Assembly (NCBI GenBank): GCA_004524445.1 | Contig: SDNP01000011.1 | Coordinates: forward strand, 1-64,000 | Source: Candidatus Thorarchaeota archaeon | GTDB taxonomy: Archaea; Asgardarchaeota; Thorarchaeia; Thorarchaeales; Thorarchaeaceae | Direction: 5' to 3' | Length of the DNA stretch: 64,000 nt | Shown here: positions 1 to 9,059 of the stretch, piece by piece | How positions within the stretch are numbered: the stretch's first letter is position 1 | Layout of the letters: every line of letters starts with the position of its first letter | The notes under the pieces: model-generated | Seen by the model: the letters and a program-made list of their open reading frames with translations, nothing else | What the model was told of the DNA's origin: nothing | The model's database searches: none | Program-made: the position numbers and the translations under genes

Positions 1-396
1 AGATACGCCTTTGTCGGTAAACCCACAAAGAAACGCATGAAAGCCCATGAAGCAGTGGTAGAATCAATTCAAGCCTTTTCTGACCACTTAGCTCCTGGAG
101 AGAGAGCTGGCGATGTGCATGAGAAAGCAATTGCCCCCCTCAAGGAAAGCGGTACCGGAGAGACCTTTGACCATACCGGCATAGGAGTGGGTCTTTACAT
201 ACATGAACCACCATATGTCGGGGCGGGTAGAGAGGAAATACTGGAGCCAGGAAACATCTTCAGCTTCCAATCATGGGTATATGATGTGGGGGAGGGAGGA
301 ATGGGCGTGCTTGGATACGAGCATGAATTCTTGGTAACGGAAAAGGGATCAAGACCCATAGTTCCCCTAGAAGACGAATTGTTGTGGATTATCTAA
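1..396 (+). CDS. M24 (pita-bread fold) peptidase/creatinase-like hydrolase, C-terminal part, truncated by window edge
   Basis: Frame open from base 1 (RYAFVGKPT...). M24-like motifs DHTGIGVGLYIHEPP, ILEPGNIFS and GYEHEFLVTEKG. Confidence 0.8.
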   Translation, partial: RYAFVGKPTKKRMKAHEAVVESIQAFSDHLAPGERAGDVHEKAIAPLKESGTGETFDHTGIGVGLYIHEPPYVGAGREEILEPGNIFSFQSWVYDVGEGGMGVLGYEHEFLVTEKGSRPIVPLEDELLWII

Positions 397-432
397 TGCA
401 ATATTCATGAATGAAATAAGGGAGAGAAAGAA

Positions 433-852
433 ATGAAGGCAATCACTCTGGGCTTCAAGAATCATGATGCACAAGCCACAGCTATTCTTCTCGAAAAGGA
501 ATCACCCGCCACTTGTGACATCTTTTGGAAGAGCTTACCAATTGAACACGAAGCAGTGCATTCATCATGGTCAGGTGAATGCATCTTAGTAGTACCTTGT
601 GGTGTTGAAGTTCCTGAGGAGAATAGAGGTGAGAATGAAACCATTTTCGTGGGTCCGGGAGAGATTGCTCTTTTCACACCCGTACAGGAGCTCCTAGTAT
701 TTTATGGACGGGGTCAGCCTCGATGGAGGAGTGGCCCCACACCCTCCACAGTATTTGCTCGCATCACCGAGGGATTGGAGGAATTTGCCGCCATTTGCCA
801 GATAATGCCAAAGGAAGGATCAAAGACCGTAATCATCCGAAGGAAGGAATGA
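433..852 (+). CDS. DUF3830/cyclophilin-like fold protein
   Basis: SPATCDIFWKSLP, HSSWSGE, ENET...PGEIALF, ELLVFYG and FARITEGLEEF resemble DUF3830. GGAG SD upstream. Confidence 0.7.
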   Translation: MKAITLGFKNHDAQATAILLEKESPATCDIFWKSLPIEHEAVHSSWSGECILVVPCGVEVPEENRGENETIFVGPGEIALFTPVQELLVFYGRGQPRWRSGPTPSTVFARITEGLEEFAAICQIMPKEGSKTVIIRRKE

Positions 853-1804
853 TTTCTTTTTCGAATGTCTTAATCATATCCAAACAATCAGAAGCCCGTT
901 TGGGTGATAATGCCACGAGCTCATCAACCTCGGATTCAATTGCTTCAATTTGCTCCTGGCAGCTCTTCACATCACCCGCAATGGCAAAGTCTGTAACCAA
1001 TCGGTCCGGCACAAGTTCTGGAGCCTTCGATCTGTCGATATTCAGCATCTCACGGATTTTCTCGGCTGGTGCCATAGCGTCCATCATTTCTAAAGCCCAA
1101 TTTGGAGTGGTTGGAATGAGCAGTGCTACGGTGGGCTTGACAGATTCATAGTTTCCGTCCTCCGAGATACCGACAGGAAGGAACTCGACAACCTCAAAAT
1201 CGGACCTTCCAGATTTCTTCATTCCTTCTTGTACCTTATCAAGATATTTGGATAGTGCTGCAATTGGGGGATTCAGAATAATACCATCAGCGTATTCTCC
1301 AGCAAGCTTCGAGAGAGTTGGGCCTCTTGTGCCTATATATATCGGAATGTCGTATTTATCGAAAAGCTGAGTATTCCTAAGGCTCACAACTTTTCCTTCG
1401 TAATCTACCTTTTCACCTTTGAAGAATTTCCGGAGTATCTTAATGGACTCTCTCAAGGCGGTGACTGGTTTGTTCCACATTTCAATTTCTAGCGGCTTCA
1501 GTGGTAGTGTTCCTCCCGCCCCGATACCAAGAACGAATCTCTCGCCAAGTAACTCAACCATAGAAGCATACATGACAGCTGTGATACCAATATGACGCGA
1601 ATACGGGTTTGCCACACCGCAGCCGAGTCTAATGTAGTCGGTATTCAACCCAATAGCCGTCATTGAAACAAAAGGGTCACGCCATTGAGCTGCTGGTACA
1701 TGGTCAGCAATCCATACGGTGTTAAAGCCGGCATCCTCGGCTGCTTTCGCGATTCTAACGATATCTTTCATGTTTTGACTTCCAATCTCAATTCCGAATC
1801 TCAT
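833..1804 (-). CDS. LLM-class (Mer-like, probably F420-dependent) oxidoreductase
   Basis: AEDAGFNTVWIADH, IRLGCGVANPYSRH, RFVLGIGAG, IPIYIG, AGEYADG. Confidence 0.85.
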   Translation of the reverse strand: MRFGIEIGSQNMKDIVRIAKAAEDAGFNTVWIADHVPAAQWRDPFVSMTAIGLNTDYIRLGCGVANPYSRHIGITAVMYASMVELLGERFVLGIGAGGTLPLKPLEIEMWNKPVTALRESIKILRKFFKGEKVDYEGKVVSLRNTQLFDKYDIPIYIGTRGPTLSKLAGEYADGIILNPPIAALSKYLDKVQEGMKKSGRSDFEVVEFLPVGISEDGNYESVKPTVALLIPTTPNWALEMMDAMAPAEKIREMLNIDRSKAPELVPDRLVTDFAIAGDVKSCQEQIEAIESEVDELVALSPKRASDCLDMIKTFEKEIIPSFG

Positions 1805-1902
1805 TCGAAAAACTCCGTGTATTTCTGTATGATTATGAATACTCTATGACTCATCTTGTGATTACCATAACTCATATATTACTCCATTGTTTTCATTGCA
1901 AC

Positions 1903-2391
1903 ATGCAAAAGACATTGGTCATCGAGCCTGAGAAATGCGTTGGCTGTAGATTGTGTGAAACTTGGTGTTCATACACTCATGAGGGAGAAGTCACACCAGC
2001 CAGATCGAGAATCCATGTCATAAAATGGGATGAAAAAGGACTGGATATCCCCATGACATGTCAGCAATGTGATGTGCCCGTCTGTGCAAAAGTCTGTCCA
2101 GTCAAAGCTATAACAAAAGATGAGGATACTGGGCTTGTTTCTGTAAATGAAGAGAAGTGCATTGGTTGTGGGCTATGTGTTCTTGCGTGCCCATTCGGAG
2201 GTTGTGCCCTTGACCCTGTAACCCATCGGATGTTCAAGTGTGACCTCTGCGGCGGCGAGCCCCAATGTGTACAGAGATGCCCAAGGGATGCCATAAAATT
2301 TGTAGATAAATCGAAGGTGGCACTGAGAAAGAAAAGGGCATCTGCTGAGAATCTCAAGGATCTCATAGAGAAAGTTGCGGGCACAAGCTAA
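1903..2391 (+). CDS. 4x[4Fe-4S] ferredoxin-like electron-transfer subunit (DmsB/AOR-beta/CooF type)
   Basis: CVGCRLCETWC, CQQCDVPVCAKVCP, CIGCGLCVLACP and KCDLC...PQCVQRCP. Start moved to MQKTL. Confidence 0.9.
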   Translation: MQKTLVIEPEKCVGCRLCETWCSYTHEGEVTPARSRIHVIKWDEKGLDIPMTCQQCDVPVCAKVCPVKAITKDEDTGLVSVNEEKCIGCGLCVLACPFGGCALDPVTHRMFKCDLCGGEPQCVQRCPRDAIKFVDKSKVALRKKRASAENLKDLIEKVAGTS

Positions 2392-2417
2392 GTCATCTTG
2401 ACATTACTACTTGATTT

Positions 2418-3320
2418 TCATTCTTGGACCAATTCTTCATTCAAGAGCAGATTGGACGGGTCAACTTGGTGGATATCAAATCCGATGTCATCCCAATTAT
2501 AATCCATTGTAAATGCCAATAGTTCGGGATAAAGAAAAACAGGTACCATGGAATCCTCATCCAAAAGATCAATCCAAGTGAGGATTTCCTGTGTTTTGTC
2601 AAGTTGTGAAAAGCAGCTTGCGCAGATTACGACAATGCAGTCAGCGCCCGACTCCACTACATCGTTGAATTTTCTACTAGTTGTATCCAACACATAATCC
2701 CTGTCAACGGGATTAGCGAATACGAGGCAACACTCTGTTGCAGAGGGGTATTCAACAATCTCCGCACCTAATGCTTTGCAAAGCGCCTCCAAAATAGTAG
2801 GATTTGTCGGGTCATCAATTCGTTCCAACTCGTCAAATGCATGGCAGCCATAATGGATAGCCACCTTGAGGCCATCCATAGGTTTCTTGACACGCGACTT
2901 GATTCGGCCTACTCCAATGTCCTCGTACAGTACCCGCATTAAGCTCTTTACTTCAATAGAGCCCTCAAAATGCCTTCCAACCTCACTGAGAGCATCGTTT
3001 ACTTGTTGCAGAGTTTCACTGTCAGACTTTAGTTTGGAATTTGTTCGCTCAAGAGTCATGGTACAACCTGGACAGGGAGACAGGATGTCTAGTCCTTTCT
3101 CTTCAGCGAGTGCAATATTCCTCGCTCCAATGGTGAAGTACGCCAAATCATCCAGAATATCAAAACTCATGGGCGCCGGACAACAAGTCATGTCCTCGAG
3201 ATATTCCACCTCAATATCAAAATCCTTCAGGACATTCAGAACAAGTTTTTCATATTCCGGAAATCCTGATGGAATGCTGCAACCAGGGAAAAATGCATAT
3301 TTCTTCAAACTATGTGTCAC
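2418..3320 (-). CDS. hdrB: Heterodisulfide reductase subunit B-like (two CCG domains)
   Basis: YAFFPGC..TCCPAP..ARNIALAE..PCPGC and VAIHYGCH..ECC..ICASCFSQLD. C-terminal PELLA..GFDIHQV. Confidence 0.85.
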   Translation of the reverse strand: MTHSLKKYAFFPGCSIPSGFPEYEKLVLNVLKDFDIEVEYLEDMTCCPAPMSFDILDDLAYFTIGARNIALAEEKGLDILSPCPGCTMTLERTNSKLKSDSETLQQVNDALSEVGRHFEGSIEVKSLMRVLYEDIGVGRIKSRVKKPMDGLKVAIHYGCHAFDELERIDDPTNPTILEALCKALGAEIVEYPSATECCLVFANPVDRDYVLDTTSRKFNDVVESGADCIVVICASCFSQLDKTQEILTWIDLLDEDSMVPVFLYPELLAFTMDYNWDDIGFDIHQVDPSNLLLNEELVQE

Positions 3321-3649
3321 CTTAGGCCAAGTCTTTTCGCAAGCTTCTTGACTTCTGTAACATCAATACTGAACTCCGGCAGGTCCAACTCTTTTCGACG
3401 GTTGAGTTGACGCTTAGGAACAGGTATTGCTGTTCCTTCCTCAATGATACTATCACACATGCTTTGAAAATGAGTAAGAAAAGCACTGGTGGTATCTGCC
3501 TCCATTACCTCGGCGTATATGGAGGTAGCAAGGCCATCGAACTCAGCATCCTCTCTAAGAGCCCTTAAGCGCTGATAGATCTTTTTCTTGGTGTACAGGG
3601 TGTTCCACCTTGGCTTCTGCTTCCCGGCTTTGCATATTAATCCCTTCAT
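3317..3649 (-). CDS. Small protein resembling the HdrC C-terminal region but lacking Fe-S motifs
   Basis: AGGAG SD and GTGA overlap with hdrB. IIEEGTAIPV..RRKELDLPE..EVKKL resembles HdrC C-termini. Only 2 Cys. Confidence 0.6.
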   Translation of the reverse strand: MKGLICKAGKQKPRWNTLYTKKKIYQRLRALREDAEFDGLATSIYAEVMEADTTSAFLTHFQSMCDSIIEEGTAIPVPKRQLNRRKELDLPEFSIDVTEVKKLAKRLGLR

Positions 3650-3673
3650 ATTGCAATAGATTCTCCTTTCTTA

Positions 3674-4582
3674 TCATATCCCCATAACTGCCAGTGCAAC
3701 TCCTATAGCTGTAAAAAGCGTGCCAATAATTGCCTTCCAAGTAACGCGTTCTCGAAGATGTGAAATCGAGAGAGGAAGAGCAAAGATAGGTGCGGTAGAA
3801 CTGATTACGGATGAGATAGTAGCCCCCGCATACTTGATGGATGCAACAAAGAAGAGGGACCCAAGAGCAAATCCGAAGAAGCTTGCAAAAAGAATCGTCT
3901 TGGTCACTTTTCTCGATGGGAGTTTCATCCCTCGAGCTCGAGCACCTATTAAGAACGGGGTCATGACTAATGATCCGAAGAACATTCGGACAAGATTGCC
4001 ATCTATAGGATCAACATTCGCAATACCCACCTGAATGAGGATAGTGGCAATTGCCAGCATTATCGAAGTCAAAACAGCCAGCGCCACTCCCATCATGTCG
4101 AGCTTTTCGATTACCCCAGTTTCATCCATGGGATTTGCACTCTCGTTTCGAAAGACCAGGATTATTCCAACGACGGCAAGTATTACTCCCAGAAAACGGG
4201 TCGCAAGAAACGCCTCGCCCAAGACTAGGATCGATAGGATATAGGTGGCTACGGGATATGTGTGTGCTATAGGAAATGCTACCGATACTCCTATCCTATT
4301 TTGGCTGTTAAGATATGCTAAATCACCTAGTCCGGCACCAAATACAACTGAAACAGCCAAGATGAAAATGGTTTCAATAGACATGGGCCCGGATGATGTT
4401 CGAAAAGGAAGAAGGGCCACTAGAGCCATGAATCCCAGGCCCACCCAGACCTTTATTGTATTTGCTGCAGTTGGAGATATTCCATCTTTGTGAGATTTGA
4501 AGATTACATTTTGGATGGCAAAGAGCAAGGAGGATATCAAGCCAAAGGCAACTCCTACAAAGACGTCCACAATAGTTTGCAT
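3674..4582 (-). CDS. EamA/DMT family transporter
   Basis: About 10 TM segments in two repeats. IGVSVAFPI..TYP and ISSTAPIFALPLS..LRERVT. Confidence 0.9.
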   Translation of the reverse strand: MQTIVDVFVGVAFGLISSLLFAIQNVIFKSHKDGISPTAANTIKVWVGLGFMALVALLPFRTSSGPMSIETIFILAVSVVFGAGLGDLAYLNSQNRIGVSVAFPIAHTYPVATYILSILVLGEAFLATRFLGVILAVVGIILVFRNESANPMDETGVIEKLDMMGVALAVLTSIMLAIATILIQVGIANVDPIDGNLVRMFFGSLVMTPFLIGARARGMKLPSRKVTKTILFASFFGFALGSLFFVASIKYAGATISSVISSTAPIFALPLSISHLRERVTWKAIIGTLFTAIGVALAVMGI

Positions 4583-4832
4583 CGCTCGAACCTGTCATTT
4601 CTTATGCTAGGAGATAGACTTGAGGAATCTATGTTCGCTCTGTGCTCGCGGATAGTAGCGAAAGTTGCTTTCTGCCCGAATACTTGCGGGAAACTAGCAA
4701 CACCAAGCCAATGTTTGAATACCTTCCAGCTTCTCTGCCAAAAGTATAGATGATATACACATATTTTAAGTCTTGCATAAATAACATCCAATTTTTATAC
4801 GGGGACGCCTTTGGCAGTATCAGGAGATATAG

Positions 4833-5756
4833 GTGTCTGAGAATGTGCGCAGTTATATTGCATTGATTTTTGCCATGTTTCTTTGGGGAGCCAGTTGGGT
4901 GTCTGTGAAGATTCTGGTTTCAATAGCCCCGATAATGACAATTGGATTCTTCAGGTATAGCATTGCAGGACTACTGTTTCTCATCTTGCTCAAGTACCAG
5001 GGTAAATCCCCTAGAGCCATCCTCGCACCAGGCACAAATCTCAATCTTCTTTTGGCAGGTCTCACAGGAGTCTTTGGATTCATGGTTTTCAGTTTGATTG
5101 GTACACAATTCACGACAGCCAGCCAAGCCTCAATTATTGCCGGACTGAATCCGATAACTGTGGGTGTTTTTGCCTATTTTATTCATCAAGAGAGATCCGG
5201 TAAACGATGGCAATATTCAGGATTTATTGTAGCATTCATTGGGATCATCTTCGTCATAGGAGTGCAAGCCCTGATAGACTTCAATCCAGATTATCTAATT
5301 GGAAATAGTATCATTGTGCTCTCTATGATTTGCTGGGGCATTTATTCATCAGTTGGAAAGTCCTTGATGGGCAGGTTATCTCCAGTTGAGGTGACTGCAG
5401 GAAGTGTGTTTGTTGGATGGACGATATTTGCAATTGGAGCGGCATTAGAATCGAACTCAGCAATCGATGCCCTTCTACTGCCAGAATTTTGGATAAATGT
5501 AGGATTTCTCGGCGGGCTGTCGGCATTTCTTGGATTCGTCTTCTATTTTCAGGGCATACAGCGAGTTGGTGCAACCCGAGCTGGTGTGTTCATTAGTCTA
5601 GTGCCAGTATTCGGTACGATCACTGCTGTTCTGATCCTTGACGAGCCGATCTATTGGACGTTTTTGGTTGGTTTGACACTAGTTGTAAGTGGAATCCTCA
5701 TTCTGAATGCACCCGTTGATGAAGAGGAAGAGGAATCTGAGAAATTCTCAAAATAA
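4833..5756 (+). CDS. EamA/DMT family transporter
   Basis: LWGASW, FFRY, TTASQASII..LNP and GIQRVGATRAGVFISLVPVFG..LDE. AGGAG SD. Confidence 0.9.
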   Translation: MSENVRSYIALIFAMFLWGASWVSVKILVSIAPIMTIGFFRYSIAGLLFLILLKYQGKSPRAILAPGTNLNLLLAGLTGVFGFMVFSLIGTQFTTASQASIIAGLNPITVGVFAYFIHQERSGKRWQYSGFIVAFIGIIFVIGVQALIDFNPDYLIGNSIIVLSMICWGIYSSVGKSLMGRLSPVEVTAGSVFVGWTIFAIGAALESNSAIDALLLPEFWINVGFLGGLSAFLGFVFYFQGIQRVGATRAGVFISLVPVFGTITAVLILDEPIYWTFLVGLTLVVSGILILNAPVDEEEEESEKFSK

Positions 5757-5776
5757 CAGCAGGTGACTTTTACAAT

Positions 5777-6418
5777 TCAGTTTTTCTGGCTCTTGTCCTT
5801 GTCCAGAGTTCCAGGATTCTTCACTCGAGGCAAGCAAACGAACTCGCGTATTTCTAAATCAAAGAAGTTGTTCATATGAGAAGGCCTGATTACAACAGCT
5901 GTGTCTGCCCCACCAGCATAACCTGCTATGCACATAACTTCAATATCAGGACCACACGGAATGTAACCACTATCAGCAGCCATTATGGCAATTTCCACAC
6001 AGACCTTTACTCCTACGCCGACTAGCTTACGAATGGCCTCCGCTATTGCTTCAACACGGGAAACTCCGCCAAGGTGCTTTGTTAGAGACCGCTCTACCCC
6101 AGAAAGAACATGAGATTGGGTCATGACCTTTATCCCGAAATCATTAAGTCGGGACAAATGCTTCTCTTCCATAAACCAATCACCTTCGTTTTTGTATCCG
6201 TAGTGTTCTGACACGACAACTAGTTCTATATCCGTATCGCTAAAAGCTTCTGCTGCGAGAACACCCGTTCTGCCCTTTGTGCTCGCTACCACAACATGTT
6301 TGATTCTCAACTCAAGAGCCCTCTTCTTTGCTAGCTCGATTGTTTTTTCGGTATTTGCCTTACCAGGCTTTTGGAAATACACAATGTTCTTCTCTTTGTA
6401 TATACAATCGTTACTCAT
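5777..6418 (-). CDS. Pyruvate kinase alpha/beta (PK_C) domain stand-alone protein, MTH1675-like
   Basis: YFQKPGKANTEKT, VVVASTKGRT, HVLSGVERS, GVKVCVEIAIMAADSG, GGADTA. Confidence 0.8.
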   Translation of the reverse strand: MSNDCIYKEKNIVYFQKPGKANTEKTIELAKKRALELRIKHVVVASTKGRTGVLAAEAFSDTDIELVVVSEHYGYKNEGDWFMEEKHLSRLNDFGIKVMTQSHVLSGVERSLTKHLGGVSRVEAIAEAIRKLVGVGVKVCVEIAIMAADSGYIPCGPDIEVMCIAGYAGGADTAVVIRPSHMNNFFDLEIREFVCLPRVKNPGTLDKDKSQKN

Positions 6419-6530
6419 TTTGGCATCACATCTTGTTCCTCTTGTCAAGCTGCATAGATTTCAATATGTAGCCAACCTTTTTAGATGATATGCAACTATG
6501 GCTTCACAGTATAAAAAGGAGTGCATCAGT

Positions 6531-6983
6531 TTGATTGGCAAATTTGACCACGTTGGCATTGTTGTGAAAGATGTAGAAAAGGCGGTCGAGTTCTATTCGG
6601 ATGTACTGGGGTGGAAACTACCCAAGGAAGGACCCTATTCGGAGATACTCTCTATTGATGTGCCTGGCGAGAAAATCAGATATGCGATGCTCTCTTCGGG
6701 TGACACATATCTGGAACTCATAGAACCGAAGGAGGGTACTTGGCTTGAGTTTCTTGAAGAGAAAGGAGAAGGCGCAATCTGCGAGCTTTGTGTACTAGTT
6801 GATGATATAGAGGAAGCAAGAAAGAGCATTGAAAATCGAGGAATCACGCCCATGGACAGATTTAGGCAGCCTCTGAAGGGAGATGTCATGAGTGCGCCAT
6901 CAGGTTCAAAGTATTTCTATCTGCCAATAGAGGAGACATCCGGAACGTGGATTGAGATATTGCAACGAGCATGGAAAGAGTAG
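6531..6983 (+). CDS. VOC/glyoxalase family protein (methylmalonyl-CoA epimerase-like)
   Basis: FDHVGIVVKD, YLELIEP, FLEEKGEG..ELCVLVDDIE, GTWIEILQ. TTG start after AAGGAG. Confidence 0.8.
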   Translation: MIGKFDHVGIVVKDVEKAVEFYSDVLGWKLPKEGPYSEILSIDVPGEKIRYAMLSSGDTYLELIEPKEGTWLEFLEEKGEGAICELCVLVDDIEEARKSIENRGITPMDRFRQPLKGDVMSAPSGSKYFYLPIEETSGTWIEILQRAWKE

Positions 6984-7022
6984 GTATCAGTCATGCGTGA
7001 TACCGGAGTACAAAAATAGGAG

Positions 7023-8000
7023 ATGAAACAAATGGAAGCCTCCAAGGAAACACTGGTTGATTTATACAAGACGACCCTCAGGGTACGGCTTTTTGAAGAA
7101 AAAGTTTGGGATCTATTTTCTCAGAATCTCATTCCTGGTACAGTACATCTGTACTTGGGTCAGGAAGCTGTTGCTGCTGGCGTCTGTTGTGCACTGAGAG
7201 AAGATGACTGGGTACAAAGCACACATCGAGGTCATGGTCATGTAATTGCCAAGGGCGCAGATACCAAGGCGGCTATGGCAGAATTGCTTGGGAAGGTCAC
7301 TGGTTCATGCAAGGGAAAAGGGGGATCGATGCACATAACCGAGTTCTCAGCTGGAGTCTTGGGAGCCACTGGTGTTGTAGCATCAGGTCTGCCAATTGCT
7401 GTAGGAGCCGCCCTCTCCGCGCAGATGCGTGGAACGAAAGAAGTAGTGGCCTGCTTCTTTGGAGATGGCGCCTCAAATAATGGGACATTCGGAGAATCAC
7501 TCAATATGTCCAGTATATGGAACTTGCCGGTCATTTGGGTGGTAGAAAACAATTTGTATGCTATGGGAACACCCATCAAAATGGCCTGTCCCAGCAAAGA
7601 TATCGCAATCAGAGCGGATGGATACTGTATCCCTTCCGAGGTAGTTGATGGAAATAATGCCGTTGAGGTGTACGAGGCTGTAGCAAAAGCGGTTTCACGG
7701 GCAAGAAATGGAAACGGCCCAACTCTCATTGAATGCAAGACCTATCGTCACAAGGGACACTCTCGATTCGATCCAGCAAAATATCGTCCCAAAGAAGAAG
7801 AGGCAGAGTGGTTAGGACGGGATGCAGTGGAGATCATTCAAGCCATTGCCATCAATAACGGGGCTCTGACAGAAGAAACGGCTGCTGAAATAAGGTCACA
7901 TCTTCAGAAGGAGATGGATGATGCTGCTGAATATGCCAAGGTCTCTGAGTATCCTAGCCCAGAGACTGCACTGGATGATGTGTTTACGGTGGTGAGCTGA
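7023..8000 (+). CDS. pdhA: TPP-dependent 2-oxoacid/acetoin dehydrogenase E1 alpha subunit
   Basis: HLYLGQEA, STHRGHGH, GKGGSMH, TPP motif GDGA..ENN and TYRHKGHS. Substrate (pyruvate, acetoin or other) not determinable. Confidence 0.9.
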   Translation: MKQMEASKETLVDLYKTTLRVRLFEEKVWDLFSQNLIPGTVHLYLGQEAVAAGVCCALREDDWVQSTHRGHGHVIAKGADTKAAMAELLGKVTGSCKGKGGSMHITEFSAGVLGATGVVASGLPIAVGAALSAQMRGTKEVVACFFGDGASNNGTFGESLNMSSIWNLPVIWVVENNLYAMGTPIKMACPSKDIAIRADGYCIPSEVVDGNNAVEVYEAVAKAVSRARNGNGPTLIECKTYRHKGHSRFDPAKYRPKEEEAEWLGRDAVEIIQAIAINNGALTEETAAEIRSHLQKEMDDAAEYAKVSEYPSPETALDDVFTVVS

Positions 8001-8974
8001 TGCCCGAGATGACATATAGAGAGGCACTTCATTCAGGATTAAGAGAGGAAATGTTGAGAGATGAGAGTGTCTTCTTGATTGGAGAGGACATAGGCCGGAA
8101 TTGGGGGGGTGTATTTCAGGTGACCAAGGGTCTCGCGGAGGAATTTGGAGAGGAGAGAGTCAGGGATACCCCCATTTCCGAGAATTCATTTGTTGGCGCT
8201 TGCGTTGGAGCAGCTATTACCGGAATGCGCCCTGTTGGCGAGATTATGTTTGGCGACCTAATTACTCTGGCCATGGACCAGCTGTGCAATCAAGCAGCCA
8301 AGATGCGCTACATGTTTGGCGGACAGACCTCTGTTCCAATGGTCTTACGTACAGTGTTCGGTGAGTTCAGGAATATGGCAGCGCAACACTCACAATCTCT
8401 GGAGGCATGGTTCATGCATACGCCAGGGATCAAGATTGCAGTTCCCGCATTTGCCAGTGATGCAAAGGGTTTGATAAAGATGGCAATTAGAGACCCTGAT
8501 CCAGTTTTGTTCTTTGAGCACAAAATGCTCTATGATAAGAAAGGAGCAGTTCCAGATGAGGAGTATGTTGTGAAGTTTGGGAAGGCGGAAGTAAAACGAG
8601 AAGGATCTGATATTACAGTCTGGTCTACTCTTTTCATGCTGCATAAGGTTATGGAGGTTGCAGATGATCTTGCAAGAGAAGGGATAAGCGTGGAGGTAAT
8701 CGACCCACGAACACTTGTTCCACTTGATGAAGAAACCCTCCTTAAGTCAGTGAAGAAGACAGGCAGGCTTGTTGTGGCTACTGAGGAAAACAAGACAGGC
8801 GCCACCACGGCGGAGATTGCAGCCAGAGTACAGGAGAAAGCATTTGATTGGCTGGATGCCCCTATCATTCGCGTCAATGCACCTGACACGCCAGTGCCAT
8901 TTAGTCCACCTCTGGAAAAATTCTATGTTCCGTCCAAAGAGCAAATCGCCAAAGCTATAACTAGTATAGTATGA
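8000..8974 (+). CDS. pdhB: 2-oxoacid/acetoin dehydrogenase E1 beta subunit
   Basis: GEDIG, DTPISE, QHSQSLEAWF, FEHK and EVIDPRTLVPLD. TGATG coupling to the alpha gene. Confidence 0.9.
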   Translation: MPEMTYREALHSGLREEMLRDESVFLIGEDIGRNWGGVFQVTKGLAEEFGEERVRDTPISENSFVGACVGAAITGMRPVGEIMFGDLITLAMDQLCNQAAKMRYMFGGQTSVPMVLRTVFGEFRNMAAQHSQSLEAWFMHTPGIKIAVPAFASDAKGLIKMAIRDPDPVLFFEHKMLYDKKGAVPDEEYVVKFGKAEVKREGSDITVWSTLFMLHKVMEVADDLAREGISVEVIDPRTLVPLDEETLLKSVKKTGRLVVATEENKTGATTAEIAARVQEKAFDWLDAPIIRVNAPDTPVPFSPPLEKFYVPSKEQIAKAITSIV

Positions 8975-9059
8975 CTTGCACTTGATGCAACTTAGAACAA
9001 TAGCACATGTTTCGTCCAAACAAAGAAATTAAAACCACTAGACTACTGACAGATTACTG

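Noticed and set aside
833-3320. Mer-like and HdrB genes as evidence of methanogenesis
   Set aside because: No mcr, mtr or hdrA in the window, and both families are widespread in non-methanogens.
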